Positions 26,665 through 39,268 of a DNA stretch of 64,000 nt are shown in pieces. Both the position numbers and the translations under genes were made by a program. The stretch's first letter is position 1; the number at the start of each line of letters is the position of its first letter. The stretch comes from Parasitella parasitica NRRL 2501 (Eukaryota; Fungi; Mucoromycota): assembly GCA_025201805.1 (NCBI GenBank), contig MU619270.1, positions 166,257 through 230,256 of the forward strand, given 5' to 3'. The notes under the pieces were generated by a model. The model made no database searches. It saw only the letters and a program-made list of their open reading frames with translations, and had not been told where the DNA came from.

Positions 26665-27843
26665 TTAATTAATAGAGATTTCATGATACGGTTCATGTTG
26701 GTCGACAGTTTCAGATAACGTCAGCGCAGATATCGTTTCCTGCAGCATGGCAGTAATATGAACAAAATCGGGAGGCTCTCCTTGGCTATAATTCTTCTGC
26801 AATATTGCACGCAGCAGGTCAAGCAGCATGCTCAGCCGTAGCTGCGTTTCTTCCAGCCACAGCCTCCACTGGTAATGGTATGCTGGCCGCTTGTTGTGCG
26901 TCACTGTGTTGATGATGGACAAATATTCATTCTGATTTCGAATGTAAATCTTGAATCCCGCTTCCGTGCTGAAACTGACGTCGGAAGGCCTGGTTAAAAA
27001 AAAGTAGTTCATTTGATGATAGGCAAGATTGTCCAAATCTCTGCAGGAAATGAGGCTAGTTTGTGCCAAGGAACATACTAATTTGATGTGCAGCTTGAAC
27101 TCTTTACTCGGCTTTATATTTTTGCTCGGCTCTCGCCTTTCTGAATAGGATGACTGATCTGCATGATGGTATTGGTATCTTGATCGGATCACTCGCAGCT
27201 GCTGTTGTAAATGGCTTGTTAATAAGCGATGAAAGATTCTAAGCACCATGTCTTCTTCCTCCAGAATGACCGCTAGTGTTTCTTGTAAGGTTGCCAAGAA
27301 ATCCACCAAGATAACACCTGTGTAGCTTTGTGCGGGCCATGGTTGTTGCTGTTGCTGCTGTTGCTGGGTACGTATAGTCGAGATGATTTGATCAAACTTT
27401 TGGCTGGGTGCGTCAGTTTCATGTGAATGGTTTATTTGAGAATGCAATGTGGAATCAAACAGACAGTGTTCTAGTAAGATGGCCAATGATTTATTCAATA
27501 AAAAGTCTAGAGAGAACGCCCTTCCTGATTTGCTCGGCATGCGGTCGTATATTCCAATGGCAAGGTGGTTCGCCACAGACTGAATGATACGCTGTTGCTG
27601 TATATATCCAGCATTGCCGTGTCTGGTCAGGTAAGCTACAGCTGCATGTACACTTTGTCCGAATGGGTTAATGATGCGTGGTTTGATGAGATCGATTTGG
27701 TATTGCGATTGAAGTAGTTGGTACGACAATTTCCTGCTAGCATGCGAACAGGTGCCTAAATACCAGATGTCTGCAAATTCGAGATTTTGGCTAATTTGTA
27801 ATATGAGCTCAAATGGTAGATCGAGAAGACCTGCGCTTGACAT
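26665..27843 (-). CDS. F-box protein, intronless
   Basis: MSSAGLLDLPFELILQISQNLEFADIWYLGTCS is an F-box consensus. ATG at 27843. Confidence 0.8.
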   Translation of the reverse strand: MSSAGLLDLPFELILQISQNLEFADIWYLGTCSHASRKLSYQLLQSQYQIDLIKPRIINPFGQSVHAAVAYLTRHGNAGYIQQQRIIQSVANHLAIGIYDRMPSKSGRAFSLDFLLNKSLAILLEHCLFDSTLHSQINHSHETDAPSQKFDQIISTIRTQQQQQQQQPWPAQSYTGVILVDFLATLQETLAVILEEEDMVLRIFHRLLTSHLQQQLRVIRSRYQYHHADQSSYSERREPSKNIKPSKEFKLHIKLVCSLAQTSLISCRDLDNLAYHQMNYFFLTRPSDVSFSTEAGFKIYIRNQNEYLSIINTVTHNKRPAYHYQWRLWLEETQLRLSMLLDLLRAILQKNYSQGEPPDFVHITAMLQETISALTLSETVDQHEPYHEISIN

Positions 27844-28689
27844 TATGTTCCAGATATACGTTGATTGATTAATAATTTTACAAGAAAAAAAAAAAAAAAA
27901 AAAGAAAAGAAAAAAAGTATTGTTTATACGCCAAAACGGTAAACAGCAGTTCATTTTTACCTGCTTTGATGGTCATTTTCATTGGCCCAATTGCCTCTTT
28001 AATGTCGGTTGGGTTGAGTTCTGGAAGATATGCCTTTATTTCTTTCATTGACCAAGCACGGTACTCTCTTTGTTAAATCATTATAGACTGGAATCCCTTT
28101 ATCTCTTAATAATTTTCTATAATATCAATGTCCAAAGTTTCTTGTAGAAAACAATGATAATCATAACTGTGAAAAATGACTCGATGTTTATTCTACATCT
28201 TTTCCAAATTAGTTGTCCTGAAAGCTTGATATTCTGGCTCAACAATACAATCCTCTAATGTAACGGAACTAATAGTGCAAAATCTAGCTCTTTTGAAATT
28301 TGAGTACAAATCTTAAACTTGCTTAAAGCCCCAAGTGTCGACAAAGGATTTGCATGTCTTTTATATTATGCGAGGGGCTTGAAGCAGACATATATAAAAT
28401 AAGTTTCAAAAAGCTCAACCGTTGAAAATAGTTGCAAAAGAACATTCGGATCTAACGCCAAGAAATTCGGGCTAGTGCCAATCGCTGCATCCTGCTTGTT
28501 TTTGTATTGAACAGCTAGTTTGTTGAAAAATAGTTCAGTTTAATGGTCTTTTTTTATTTTTATCTAGATGCTACATCGGGAGGGATTAAGTTTTTTCATT
28601 TCATTTTTTTAAAATAAACAAAAGAAAGAAAAATATAAACAAAGAAAGCGAATGTATCTATAATTACAGGATATAAGAAGAACAGGAAA

Positions 28690-31359
28690 TTATTGCAGCG
28701 GCTGATGAGGTACAAAAGGAGGTAATGTAGGCGGGGAAGGCACGATGAATGAATACATTTCATCGTCAACGACACTCAATGGTCTTCCACCACAGGCGTT
28801 ACGAACATCAGGCTCCATAACACCGACCAAATTGCGTGTCATTTCGAAATCATAAAGGTAAGCCTTGGACATTTTGGAAACATTGATAGATTGCTCCAAA
28901 CATCTTCTAGCAAATTCTTGGTATTGGTCGTCGTTGTAATTTAGTAGCTTGATATAAACCATGTTTGCAAACAAGAAGCCCAATAGCGGGATGTTGCACT
29001 CGTCATGATGCTTTACCATAATATCCAAGGTTTGGGTGATAGCGTAGGCTGCATCAATGCAGATATAGAGACATTGGACCGAGAAGGGTGAGGTGGGTAC
29101 GTGATCAGATGGGAAAAATGCTTGATATAGCAAAATCTTATTGATATTGTAGTATACATGGACACTAAGGATACAAAATCTAGCAAATTCGTGAATGTCA
29201 ACGTGGCTATACGGCTTTTCCTGCTGCTGTTCTCCAAAGCTATTGTAGCTATTACCGCAGCATGGCTCTGGCGTACCGGCTGCCATTTGATCAAGAGCAA
29301 TGGATTCCAAATCAGGATTCTTCCATTCGACAGGTAGGGTGTCGTAAAACTCTTGAAGTCTATCTTGCATTGCCAGTAAATCCATGGACAGTGTAGTATC
29401 CTGCTTGCCAGCTGCCTGTGCCGATAGCAAACGACTCATCACATCATGACGAAGCACCTGTAGCTGAATCATACAATACCACTCTGTATAGACATAGTAA
29501 TTGATCATTTCTTGAGGTGGTTCTGCAAAGTCAATGTCCATCAAATCAAGGACAGGCTTTGGCTGGGGAGGAGGCAAGGGACAGTTGGGGTGGAATTGAC
29601 CAGACTCGGCAGACGTATTAGAGACACCTTGCAATACACGATACCAAGTATTAAAATAATACAGACACCAAACAAGGATGCTTTCTCTTGTATCAAGCAC
29701 ACGGCCTTCATCGTAAAGTCCTAATTCTTGAGCCATTGTAAATGAAATCCACTCGTAGATGTATATGACACCAGGATAGCCATTTTGGTGGTTGCAGTAG
29801 GAGAGTAAAAAGGCAGCCTGGCAATTGTCAATAGTGGGGTCATCAAAGCACTCGGCTAATTGTTCACGTCCCTTGAGACAGTAGGCCATAGAAAGAGCTT
29901 TGCCCATATTGTAATTGGGCGTGTCCTGAGCAGGACGTTTGCTCCAAACATGCATTTGGAAGGCGTTGCGAGCAGCCATGGCGCAAACAGCATAAACGAG
30001 AACAGTGCAAGGCCTTTTTTCAGGGTCTGGGTCATGGTAGCGAGCTAGAAATTCAGTAGTATCGACAATGGGCAGACGTATAGCTGAGCAGCAAGGCGTT
30101 TTACAATATAATTCGACCAAACTGTCGGTTAGCTCGGGTGATATGTTTACAGGGTAGTTGTCAGGCAGTACGTGAGTAGGATGAGCCCAAGAGTTCCAAA
30201 CCCCAAAAGAAAAGCCTGAAGATGTGTGTATGGAGCTCGTATCGTCTAATTCGGCAGACTGAGCCATCCTATGGCGCTCGTTGCCTAGCAAATCTGCAGC
30301 GCTCTTGTGGATGCCGTTTTGATCGTCATCGTCATCGCCATCGCGAGAGGTGATGTGCATCGATTTCTTGAATTGGTCGACCAATTTAGACAGGTCGTTG
30401 TATGAATTGACGTTGCTTTCAACAGAGAGACCTTTGTTTGTAGTCGTAATTTTCCAAGCAAAGGGCTGCAGAGGCTTCTTTTTGAACGATTGATCCACTC
30501 GCTGGCCGAAATCTCGAGTCTTTTGAGCGAAGTCTTTAGCCATTTTATCAATTGAGTCTTGCCATTGATCCATGACTTTATTCATTGTATTCAGTACTTG
30601 GGAGACGTGGTTTGCTTTAGGCTCGGTTTTCATGTAAACACATTCAAAATCGTTGCCGGCACACCTGCTGCAGCTGGGCAATGTGAGGTCGCACTGTTGC
30701 AGGTCTTTATAGCATTTGCTGCATGGATAAACGGAAAAAGAGCTGGTTGATGCGACTGGATTGCTGATATTGCTGTTTGAGCTGAGCATGTTATCGTCTT
30801 CCTCTTCTTGTCCCTCGGTGGCTGTTGCCATAATATAGTCTATACTACTGGACCCATCATTGGAGTGAATAGAGATGGAGGATCGGGCATCGCTATTGTA
30901 CATTGGAGATGTCATATCTAAAGGCGCAACAGTTGATCTAGGCTGTGCTAATCTTTGCAGAGATATTCCTATTTTCGCTGTCGTGTTGGTTGGTAGTCCA
31001 CCATTTTCACCCGTCTTTAATAGATCGCCAAACTTTTTGATTCGATCGCTAAGTGTTTCTGTTGCTTTCTGTAGTTTTTTCAATGTAGGCGCTGCTTCAG
31101 GATATTGACAGGTGATTCCTCTTCTTTTGCAACGAGAACAGCCTGGCTTGGTTCTATCGCATGCATGCCTGTAATGTCGAGATAAATGTAAAAAGAAAAA
31201 AAAAAAAAGTTATTTTTACGTTTTTAACGATTAGAAACAAAACGCAAATTTCTAACATTTCTATTATTTTGGTATTTGCCTGAATCCTCTGCAACGGTAG
31301 CAGGCTGCCCCCAAATTGTTGTGATTTGCAGTGGTTGTTCTTTTTACAGCATCAGCCAT
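28690..31359 (-). CDS. Zn2Cys6 transcription factor with two zinc clusters and a Fungal_trans domain
   Basis: Exon 1 (31359-31280) plus exon 2 across a GC-AG intron (31169-31279) give ACYRCRGFRHACDRTKPGCSRCKRRGITCQY. Second cluster CSKCYKDLQQCDLTLPSCSRCAGNDFECVY. MHD with QAAFLL, MAQELGL and LVWCLY. Confidence 0.9.
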
Positions 31360-33526
31360 GATTGAATGTGTAGAAATGAATTGCCACCTTATAAAAAGGA
31401 ATTATTTATATAAATATTAAAAGAAAAAAAAAAAAAAAGGGGGAAAAAGAAAAGAAATGGTGGGAAATACTGTGCAGGAGAGAGAAAGAGAAAGAGAAAC
31501 GCAAATGCTGATAAACGCACAAATCTTTTTTTATATGCGATAATTTGCCCGAGGTCTCACACTGCTGTTGCACGGTGTGGTGATATTTGAATTAAATTTC
31601 AAAATCCACTTGCGAACAATGCCTGGTATACTCTTGATGTACGCCTACATGTGCATGGTATGATAGCTGAGTAATACGCAGCTTTAAAATAACAGCAAAA
31701 AGTAGGCTTAGTTGCTAGAAACCGCACTGTAAGCAGCTTCACTCAAGACATAATTGCTTTTGTTCAGATGCTATTGAACCAAAGGAGTAGAATCACAGGG
31801 GAGATGTAAAGAAAAGATAGCAACAGTTTTATTTTGAGGCATGTTGGCCAACTCCCCCCCCCCCAACGACGCTATTTTCGATTGATCTTGTCCAGTCATG
31901 TCATTCAGGTATAAAAGAAACTTTTTTATGTCAAATTTCATCAGTACAGACCCTAATATCCTTAAGCACTACAAGCTGCTTTAGCCTCACATTATGTAGC
32001 TTCGCATTTTCTTTTTTTTCTTTTTCATTAGATGCATTTGATATATATACATGCATCAATAACAGAAACGTTTTAAGCTTCTACGATGGACTGTTTGCGA
32101 GGAAATGATCTGCTTATGCTTCGAACTTGTCAACATTTCAAGCAATTTCGTGTGTTTTAAGTGGATCATACTATAGGTGAAGGCTATATTCTGTTTTAAA
32201 ATCTGTGTTTGGCGTACGTCGAAAACGTTAATATGTTTAAGAAAAAAGCCCACCCCCCATGATTTTTAGCTAATTTCAATATCTTCAAGATCATCAATGT
32301 AATTCTCACCTAATGGACTATATTTGACGTTTTATATCTTTATTAAAACCTCATTCATAGCCTTATGTGGCTAATTTTTGTAAACATAAAGTCGTATATC
32401 ACACATTCACCATCTATTCTGTCTGCTTCAAGATAGTTTCCTCATTCGATGCTATTTATGTTTAAATAGCTTTGAAAGTGTTGGCGGTTGCCATCTTCAA
32501 GATCCCTCAACTAGTTTGGCTTGCCACCAATTTGGGAACTCAGAACTCAATGTAGCCGCTTTAAAAGAGTAAACAATCAGATGGATGATACGAATATGAA
32601 TCAGCAAAGCATTTTGATTCTTATTAAATTGAAGAGCGTGTAGCACGCTTTAAACAATCAGCAAATCCTGCTGTTTTTCACACCTTGCACCCAAAGATAA
32701 TAAGTTATATTTAGCAAGGAAAAAGGTTTAACTTACTTGGCATTAAAATATTCTGTCAATGCTTCCACTGGATTGTGTTATTGTATGACAGGCTATCATT
32801 GAGCGATGCTTAGCTACAATGTGCAATCATACCATACATCTAGGATTAATATTGGAGCCTTTACACAAACAATACCTTATAAAAAATAAGCATTGCATAG
32901 CTTTAGAACAAGGACTATTGAAATGCATACAAATAAATGAAAGATTTTAGCATCCAATTGCAGTTTTATGCACAATGCACATAGTAGATCTACGTTGGAT
33001 GATACACCACACCGCCTTTCAAGATATTCGTTTCAGACTTCTTCTTGGTTTAAGCTCTTTTCACCGCCTTACATGTAGGGAGTTGGCTCTAATTGGTAAT
33101 TTAGTACCGTAAAAAAAGGAGGTGTTGAAATAACTATCTTTTAAGTCTTTCCAGAGCATAAACAAAGAATAATAAAAATAGCATACTAGCTCACAGAAAA
33201 AACAAGGTTTAGTAGTAATGCAGTGTAGTACGAGTAAAGCTGTAGGCTCTCGTGGCAGAATCCTTTGTCTGGTCACAATGATTGCAAAAAGATACCGCAA
33301 AAAGAAAGAGATACATCGTTTATAACTGTATTTTACAGAACTGATTCTATCAAATTTTAAAGACGTATCTCTAATTTAAAATTACTGCTATTCGTTACAA
33401 GGTCTGATCCACGCACTCGTATTATATTAGCTTTGCATTTTTTCATGTTGTATAATGTGTCATGATAAAAAATATCCAGCGGCATCAAGCCGATTTTTAT
33501 TTAATGTATGCAAATGGTATAGCAAT

Positions 33527-34252
33527 CTAGCAGAAAGTAACTGTGTATTCATTGGATGCACAGATAAATACACTAGTAGCATCATCAAAAGCATAGCTAT
33601 AGGCATCAGGACAAGTAGCCTTGACCTCCGAGGCGTAAGAATTAGTGCTGCATACATTGGGATTATAGAAATCACCAGTGCAGCAGTATTCATCAGTGTT
33701 GAACTTGGTACAAGCACTCTTGCAACCAGAAACTTTACCCTCATCGTCATAAGTTTCGAAACCAGAAGGACAGCTAGGCAAAGTAGAGCAAATGGAAGTA
33801 GCACAAGAACGGCTATCTTTAACGGTAAGACCTTCCTTCAAGACAGGTGCCACAGTCATTGGCAAATTGAATCCAGCTACAAGAGAGATGTCATAGTAGA
33901 CAGCACCAGTATCTAAAAAGTGGAATTCAGCGAGAGAGGCAGGGGAGCCCATACCAGACTTGAAGCAGTTTTCGCCACCGCAGTTAGTTCTGCCCCAAAT
34001 ACGTCCAGACCAATTGACAGGTAATGTGTAGGAGTGAGTTGAACCGGCAGAGACTTCAACAACATCACCAAAATAGTCAACATCAACGGAATTGCCAACT
34101 TTCAATGTAGCGCCACAATTATTAACAACATTGACAGTGGGCTGACCAAATTTTAAGAAAGAGACCGAAGTTGTAGCGTTACTGGTGGCAGGGGCGGCAG
34201 CAACCAGGCTAGCCATCAAAGCAAAAGACGTAATAACTGTGTTGAAGATCAT
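33527..34252 (-). CDS. Secreted thaumatin-like (PR-5) protein
   Basis: Signal peptide, NNC, WSGRIWGRTNC, SLAEF, YYDISLV, CKSAC, EYCC, CPDAYSYAFDD, YTVTFC. Confidence 0.95.
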   Translation of the reverse strand: MIFNTVITSFALMASLVAAAPATSNATTSVSFLKFGQPTVNVVNNCGATLKVGNSVDVDYFGDVVEVSAGSTHSYTLPVNWSGRIWGRTNCGGENCFKSGMGSPASLAEFHFLDTGAVYYDISLVAGFNLPMTVAPVLKEGLTVKDSRSCATSICSTLPSCPSGFETYDDEGKVSGCKSACTKFNTDEYCCTGDFYNPNVCSTNSYASEVKATCPDAYSYAFDDATSVFICASNEYTVTFC

Positions 34253-36199
34253 GGTATGTGTGTCTAGTCTACTATTTTCTAAAGAGGAAGAGTTTAATGA
34301 ATGACAATTCTTTGGCTCTTTTTATATAAGAGTTGATTTTGAAACAAAAATGTAGACTTATGATGAAGTGATCAGAGCACGGGTCCCATCATATTGAATG
34401 AATCAAGAACTTCGCCAATGTTGTGTCTAGATGAAATTTTTTAATAGGTTATATTTCAAACGAATTGAATTTGATGAACAAGGGCCCAGAAAATGACCGT
34501 CGGTGTGAGCTAAATGTATATCATTGTTATATTTAACTATTTCGTACGATATGATAATAGTTGTAAGTATAGACTGAAAAGTAAGAGGGTAGAAATCAGA
34601 AAAAAGGTGCCTGAAAAAGTTCAAAAGGTAACTCTATGTCACCCATAGAGGATGTTTCTAGTTCCTAGTTCTTTATAGTCGTTTTAATGGGTCAAATTTC
34701 GTATTTATTTCAACTAGATTGATATGAAACATAGTACACATCTTTACTTGCAAACCTTTTTTTTTTTTAATTTTTGCTGCGTTGCATAGGTGTACAACTA
34801 ATTCCAACAATATGTATTCTTCAAAATTTGACAGATGTTGTTCACCTGAGTCATATTCCTTGACATTAAAACGATCCAATCATAAAAACTGGATAAAAAT
34901 AAATCGAAAAAGAACGTATTATTGGCTTACAATATCTAATTGCTCATGTTTCAAGTTACTCGAGATGCAAGGCTATCTCTTTCAAAAATCGCAGCTGGAG
35001 GATCAATGAAGCATGTACTAAAATTTCTGTCCGACAAAACACCATTAACACTGGATGTATTTCTTCATTTGAACACGCTACTAGGCAAACACAACTAGAT
35101 ATATATCTAACGTCATTCTCCAAGACATTCACAACTTTTTGTATTGTTGAGAAGGCGCGGATACGGGATGTAAATTTACCTGTACTTTAAATAGTATCCG
35201 CTTATCCAACTTGTGATTCAATTCCAACGCGTCAAGTAGCCATTACTAAAATACCACTTATATGAAGAAGAAGAGAGGGACAACAGAAAAATAAACTTAA
35301 AGGGGATAAAAAGCTGATGTTTATTCAATGCTATATGGGTTTTGTTTATTTGTTAGCTGACAAGTGTAGCAAATAAAAAATACCCACTGTTTGCCTTTTT
35401 AGGTATTATTTAAACATATGTTGATCGCTGAAGAATGATATGAAATTTCTACAAATATACATTCACTTAATTCCAGCCTATACATCTCGCAAGTTACAGG
35501 CTGTCAAGTCAATTTGTATAAATTATGAGCAAGTCTTTGAGCTTTCTAGACCCTCTTCTTTGTTATATAAATAGAATTGTTTCTATTTTCTGAAATTTAT
35601 CAAATATTAACACTAAGGTGGCCCTATTTTCGGAAAAAAAAACGTTATCATTAATCAGCCCCAGGACCGTGCTCATCGGTTAAGAAGTGAATCCCTCGGC
35701 AAGCATTTGTTTGATGAAAAATATCATTCGGCAACACCATAGTCTATATATAGTTAACCTTTTTTTTTTCTTTACATTGGAACGAGCTGTTTTACATCCC
35801 TCGAACTACTGTGAAAAAAATCGACCTTCGTTCTTATCGGGGGGGGGGGGGTGCACAGGTCATCTTTACAGGGAATTATGGTATTGTAGAAGACTTGGTT
35901 ATTGAAAAACTTTTTGAAGGTGGTCTCGTCTATTTTGACTCTTGCGGTTACATGAATAACGAGCTTGAGAGTTACATTTTATAATATATACTTCATCTAG
36001 ATGATTGGCACATCAATGCAGCAACACCGTTGATGGGTTTTCATTAGAAATATTGCGCATTTAAACAATCACATTAATTTTTTTTTTGTAATGGAGTCGC
36101 GCTCCGGTTTTTATTTGAAGTGCTTTAGAAGTCGTAATGAGTGATAGAAAAGACTGGATATCTAAAGGGGGGGGGACGAGAAAAGAAATAGTATAAGAA

Positions 36200-36540
36200 G
36201 AAATCGGCATACAGACGATGTGTTACTGAGGTTGAGAGAAAAGGGGTTCGGTCGAAGATCTAGCGCCAATGTGTCTGCCAAATAGTGACAAGAATGACAG
36301 CAAAGAGTTGACGAAAAGATAAATCAGTTGGAGGGACTGAGGTATCACGATCTTGAGGAGGAGGAGAGCAAAGTAAGACTTGCTGCAAAGAGTGGAGAAA
36401 ATTCGCATCCGAGAGGGTTGAAGAATGGATGTAGGTTTGATACATCTCGCGCCATACCAGTAATTTAGGAGGACAAGAGAAGAGGAAATGCTTAATAGTC
36501 TCAGTGGAAGAGGCACAATCACATTCATTGACAGGAACAT
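36200..36540 (-). mobile_element. Non-LTR (L1/Tx1-like) retrotransposon 3' remnant
   Basis: Degenerate HFLFSCPPKLLVW and LVTIWQTHWR*IFDRTPF, matching the zf-RVT and C-terminal end of LINE ORF2. Confidence 0.65.
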
Positions 36541-36789
36541 TATAATGAATAAATTAATAGTCTAAACCTCGGCAAATGTTTCATTTTACGACAGTTGTTG
36601 ACACCTATAAACTTTTTGATTCTAAAAAATGAAGCTAGCCAGGAAATTTTTTTGGTTGATCTCTTTTACATGCACTATCAGAATTTATTATTAAATCTTG
36701 AAGGTTTCTTCATCTGTTAAATCTCACAAATACAATCTGGACGTAGCTATTATCTCGAGTGAGGACACATGTCTTATTCGATTGAGACT

Positions 36790-37490
36790 TACCTAGAAAC
36801 CGTATATTGCTATGATAAATATATATTTGAGATGCTCGTGTTTGATTACAGATCAACCTAATCCATCCAATCGAGCAGGTTTGTTTATTTTAGAATACTT
36901 TTAACAAGAAGGGTATACACGCATACAAATTTAATACGAAAAAATTAAAGTTTTTCGGAATCGTGGACAGGCATATACCAATATATGGATATTTACAATT
37001 CAAATGCAATTGAATCTACACGCCACAGAAAACAAACAGAGTTTCGAAGATGGAAATAGACGTTACAAAATTTTAAGGATAAGTGAGATTATTTGCACGA
37101 TATTCATTGCACTGCCATTCATCACCAGCAGTAACAATGATATTGCACTCCACATTTATGCAGAACAGCCTCGCATAAAAGGAGTCGACTACAACAATGC
37201 TATGGTACTGGTAAATTTAGATTATTATCAATGGTTAGTGTATTGGTCTATATTGGTTATTTTGATTTTGCATTAAAATTAATTAAAATGTTGAGGAAAC
37301 ATCTCCACAATCAAAATAAAGAGGATGGTGGTAACAATGCCGCTATTCAGAGAGCTCCAATTATTCTATTTTATAAGATTGATGCAAAAATACTTGATAT
37401 GCAGGTTCGCATGACTATAAGTATTGGAATCAGTTCCATGCTGTATTTTCTTGTTTGCTAGATACTTTTATAAATTCTACATGCTTGTGA
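36790..37490 (+). pseudogene. Degenerate multi-pass membrane protein gene (lineage-specific family, tentative)
   Basis: Consecutive hydrophobic segments in shifting frames with stops: IICTIFIALPFIT, YYQWLVYWSIL, LKLIKMLRKHL, VRMTISIGISSMLYFLVC. Confidence 0.4.
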
Positions 37491-38105
37491 ACGGCAAATC
37501 TCATAACAATTACACTACAACCTTTATATTATTAATTAATTTAAAAAAGCCCATAGCACATTAGCTTTTACATTGACTATTATGGTCATGTCATTCAAGT
37601 TAGCTTTATTCATTGACTGCCTCATGCAGAGTACTCAATCTCTTAGTACATGTTCTCCAACCCAGACAAAACAGTTAAATCCAATGATACTGCTAGCACT
37701 ATCAGATCTAACTCTAGTCCAGATGAATCTACTTTGATATCAAGCTATGATTAAGCCCGAAAAGATTGTTGCAGTTTCGACCATCAATCATCTTAGAGCA
37801 AAATAATTTACATAACACAACACCCTCCGTATAGAGAGCACCTCCTCATCACACACTCCTAAAATTGATTAGGTACTTATTCCATAATTTTAGGGCTTAC
37901 CATCTGAATAAATATCTTTCATTTTATGTCTAACTTTTGCTAAAGTGATAGAACTTCCTACAAAAAAGTAATTGGATGTCATCTCTTACGGAGCTACCTT
38001 AGAATTCCAAATCAAGCTAAAAAACAGATTACCTAAATATCTAACCATGAAACCGCGAAACATTTATAATCGATTAAGAACCAACTAAAAGAAATCGAAC
38101 CACAA

Positions 38106-38517
38106 TGATCTGCCATAATTATAGACAGGAGATCATGGCAATGTACTTCAATTAAAGATTGAAGATTGTCCAATGATGTGATGTGATACGCTTGTGTAAA
38201 TGGAGAATAAAGTCTCTGTTTCAAATCAAGAAGGTTATTCCTGTAAGTAACACAGATCTGAGCACCAGGATAAGGGTTAAGGCACTGTCAGATCAAAGAC
38301 GTGTAGCCCTTGTTGTATAATCTTATATCGTACCCTGTCAAGTAGATTGTCACTGTGAATTAGTCTTGTCAATTAGTAATCTAAATAAGTCACCAGAAAT
38401 TTATGTAGTTGTTAAAAGTATAAATAGCAGATGAAATTTCGATCTTAAATAAAGTATCTTTTTAGCTTTCGTATCTCGTTAACCTTTGGTTTTCATTTTA
38501 TCTTTTTTGATCCAACA
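38106..38517 (+). mobile_element. Solo LTR, family A (412 bp), TSD CACAA
   Basis: TGATCTG...CCAACA with TATAAATA then AATAAA. CACAA at 38101-05 and 38518-22. Homologous copies nearby. Confidence 0.88.
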
Positions 38518-38609
38518 CACAAACCACATTTGGAACGCATAGACCAATGTAAGGAATGGTCCATGCATGTCATTTGCAAATGTGTCAGAAACATTGATAT
38601 TAGAATACC

Positions 38610-38753
38610 TGTTGAGATCTGCAAGAAGATCGAAATAAAAAAAGTATAATATAAAACGTTGAATTAACGAGATACGAAAACTTGAGATTACTTTATTAAA
38701 GATTCAACTTTGCATCTGCTATTTATACTTTTTGCAACAACATAAATTTTTGG
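38610..38753 (-). mobile_element. LTR family A variant, partial, runs into gap
   Basis: TGTTGAGATC terminus. Shares TTAACGAGATACGAAAACTTGA and GCATCTGCTATTTATACTTTTT with the copy at 45097-45510. Confidence 0.75.
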
Positions 38754-39268
38754 NNNNNNNNNNNNNNNNNNNNNNNNNNNNNNNNNNNNNNNNNNNNNNN
38801 NNNNNNNNNNNNNNNNNNNNNNNNNNNNNNNNNNNNNNNNNNNNNNNNNNNNNNNNNNNNNNNNNNNNNNNNNNNNNNNNNNNNNNNNNNNNNNNNNNNN
38901 NNNNNNNNNNNNNNNNNNNNNNNNNNNNNNNNNNNNNNNNNNNNNNNNNNNNNNNNNNNNNNNNNNNNNNNNNNNNNNNNNNNNNNNNNNNNNNNNNNNN
39001 NNNNNNNNNNNNNNNNNNNNNNNNNNNNNNNNNNNNNNNNNNNNNNNNNNNNNNNNNNNNNNNNNNNNNNNNNNNNNNNNNNNNNNNNNNNNNNNNNNNN
39101 NNNNNNNNNNNNNNNNNNNNNNNNNNNNNNNNNNNNNNNNNNNNNNNNNNNNNNNNNNNNNNNNNNNNNNNNNNNNNNNNNNNNNNNNNNNNNNNNNNNN
39201 NNNNNNNNNNNNNNNNNNNNNNNNNNNNNNNNNNNNNNNNNNNNNNNNNNNNNNNNNNNNNNNNNNNN

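Noticed and set aside
33455-33916. Long antisense or alternate-frame ORFs over the thaumatin gene (similar ones lie over the septin, RPA135 and GAPDH genes)
   Set aside because: These are expected shadows of codon-biased genes and have no motifs.
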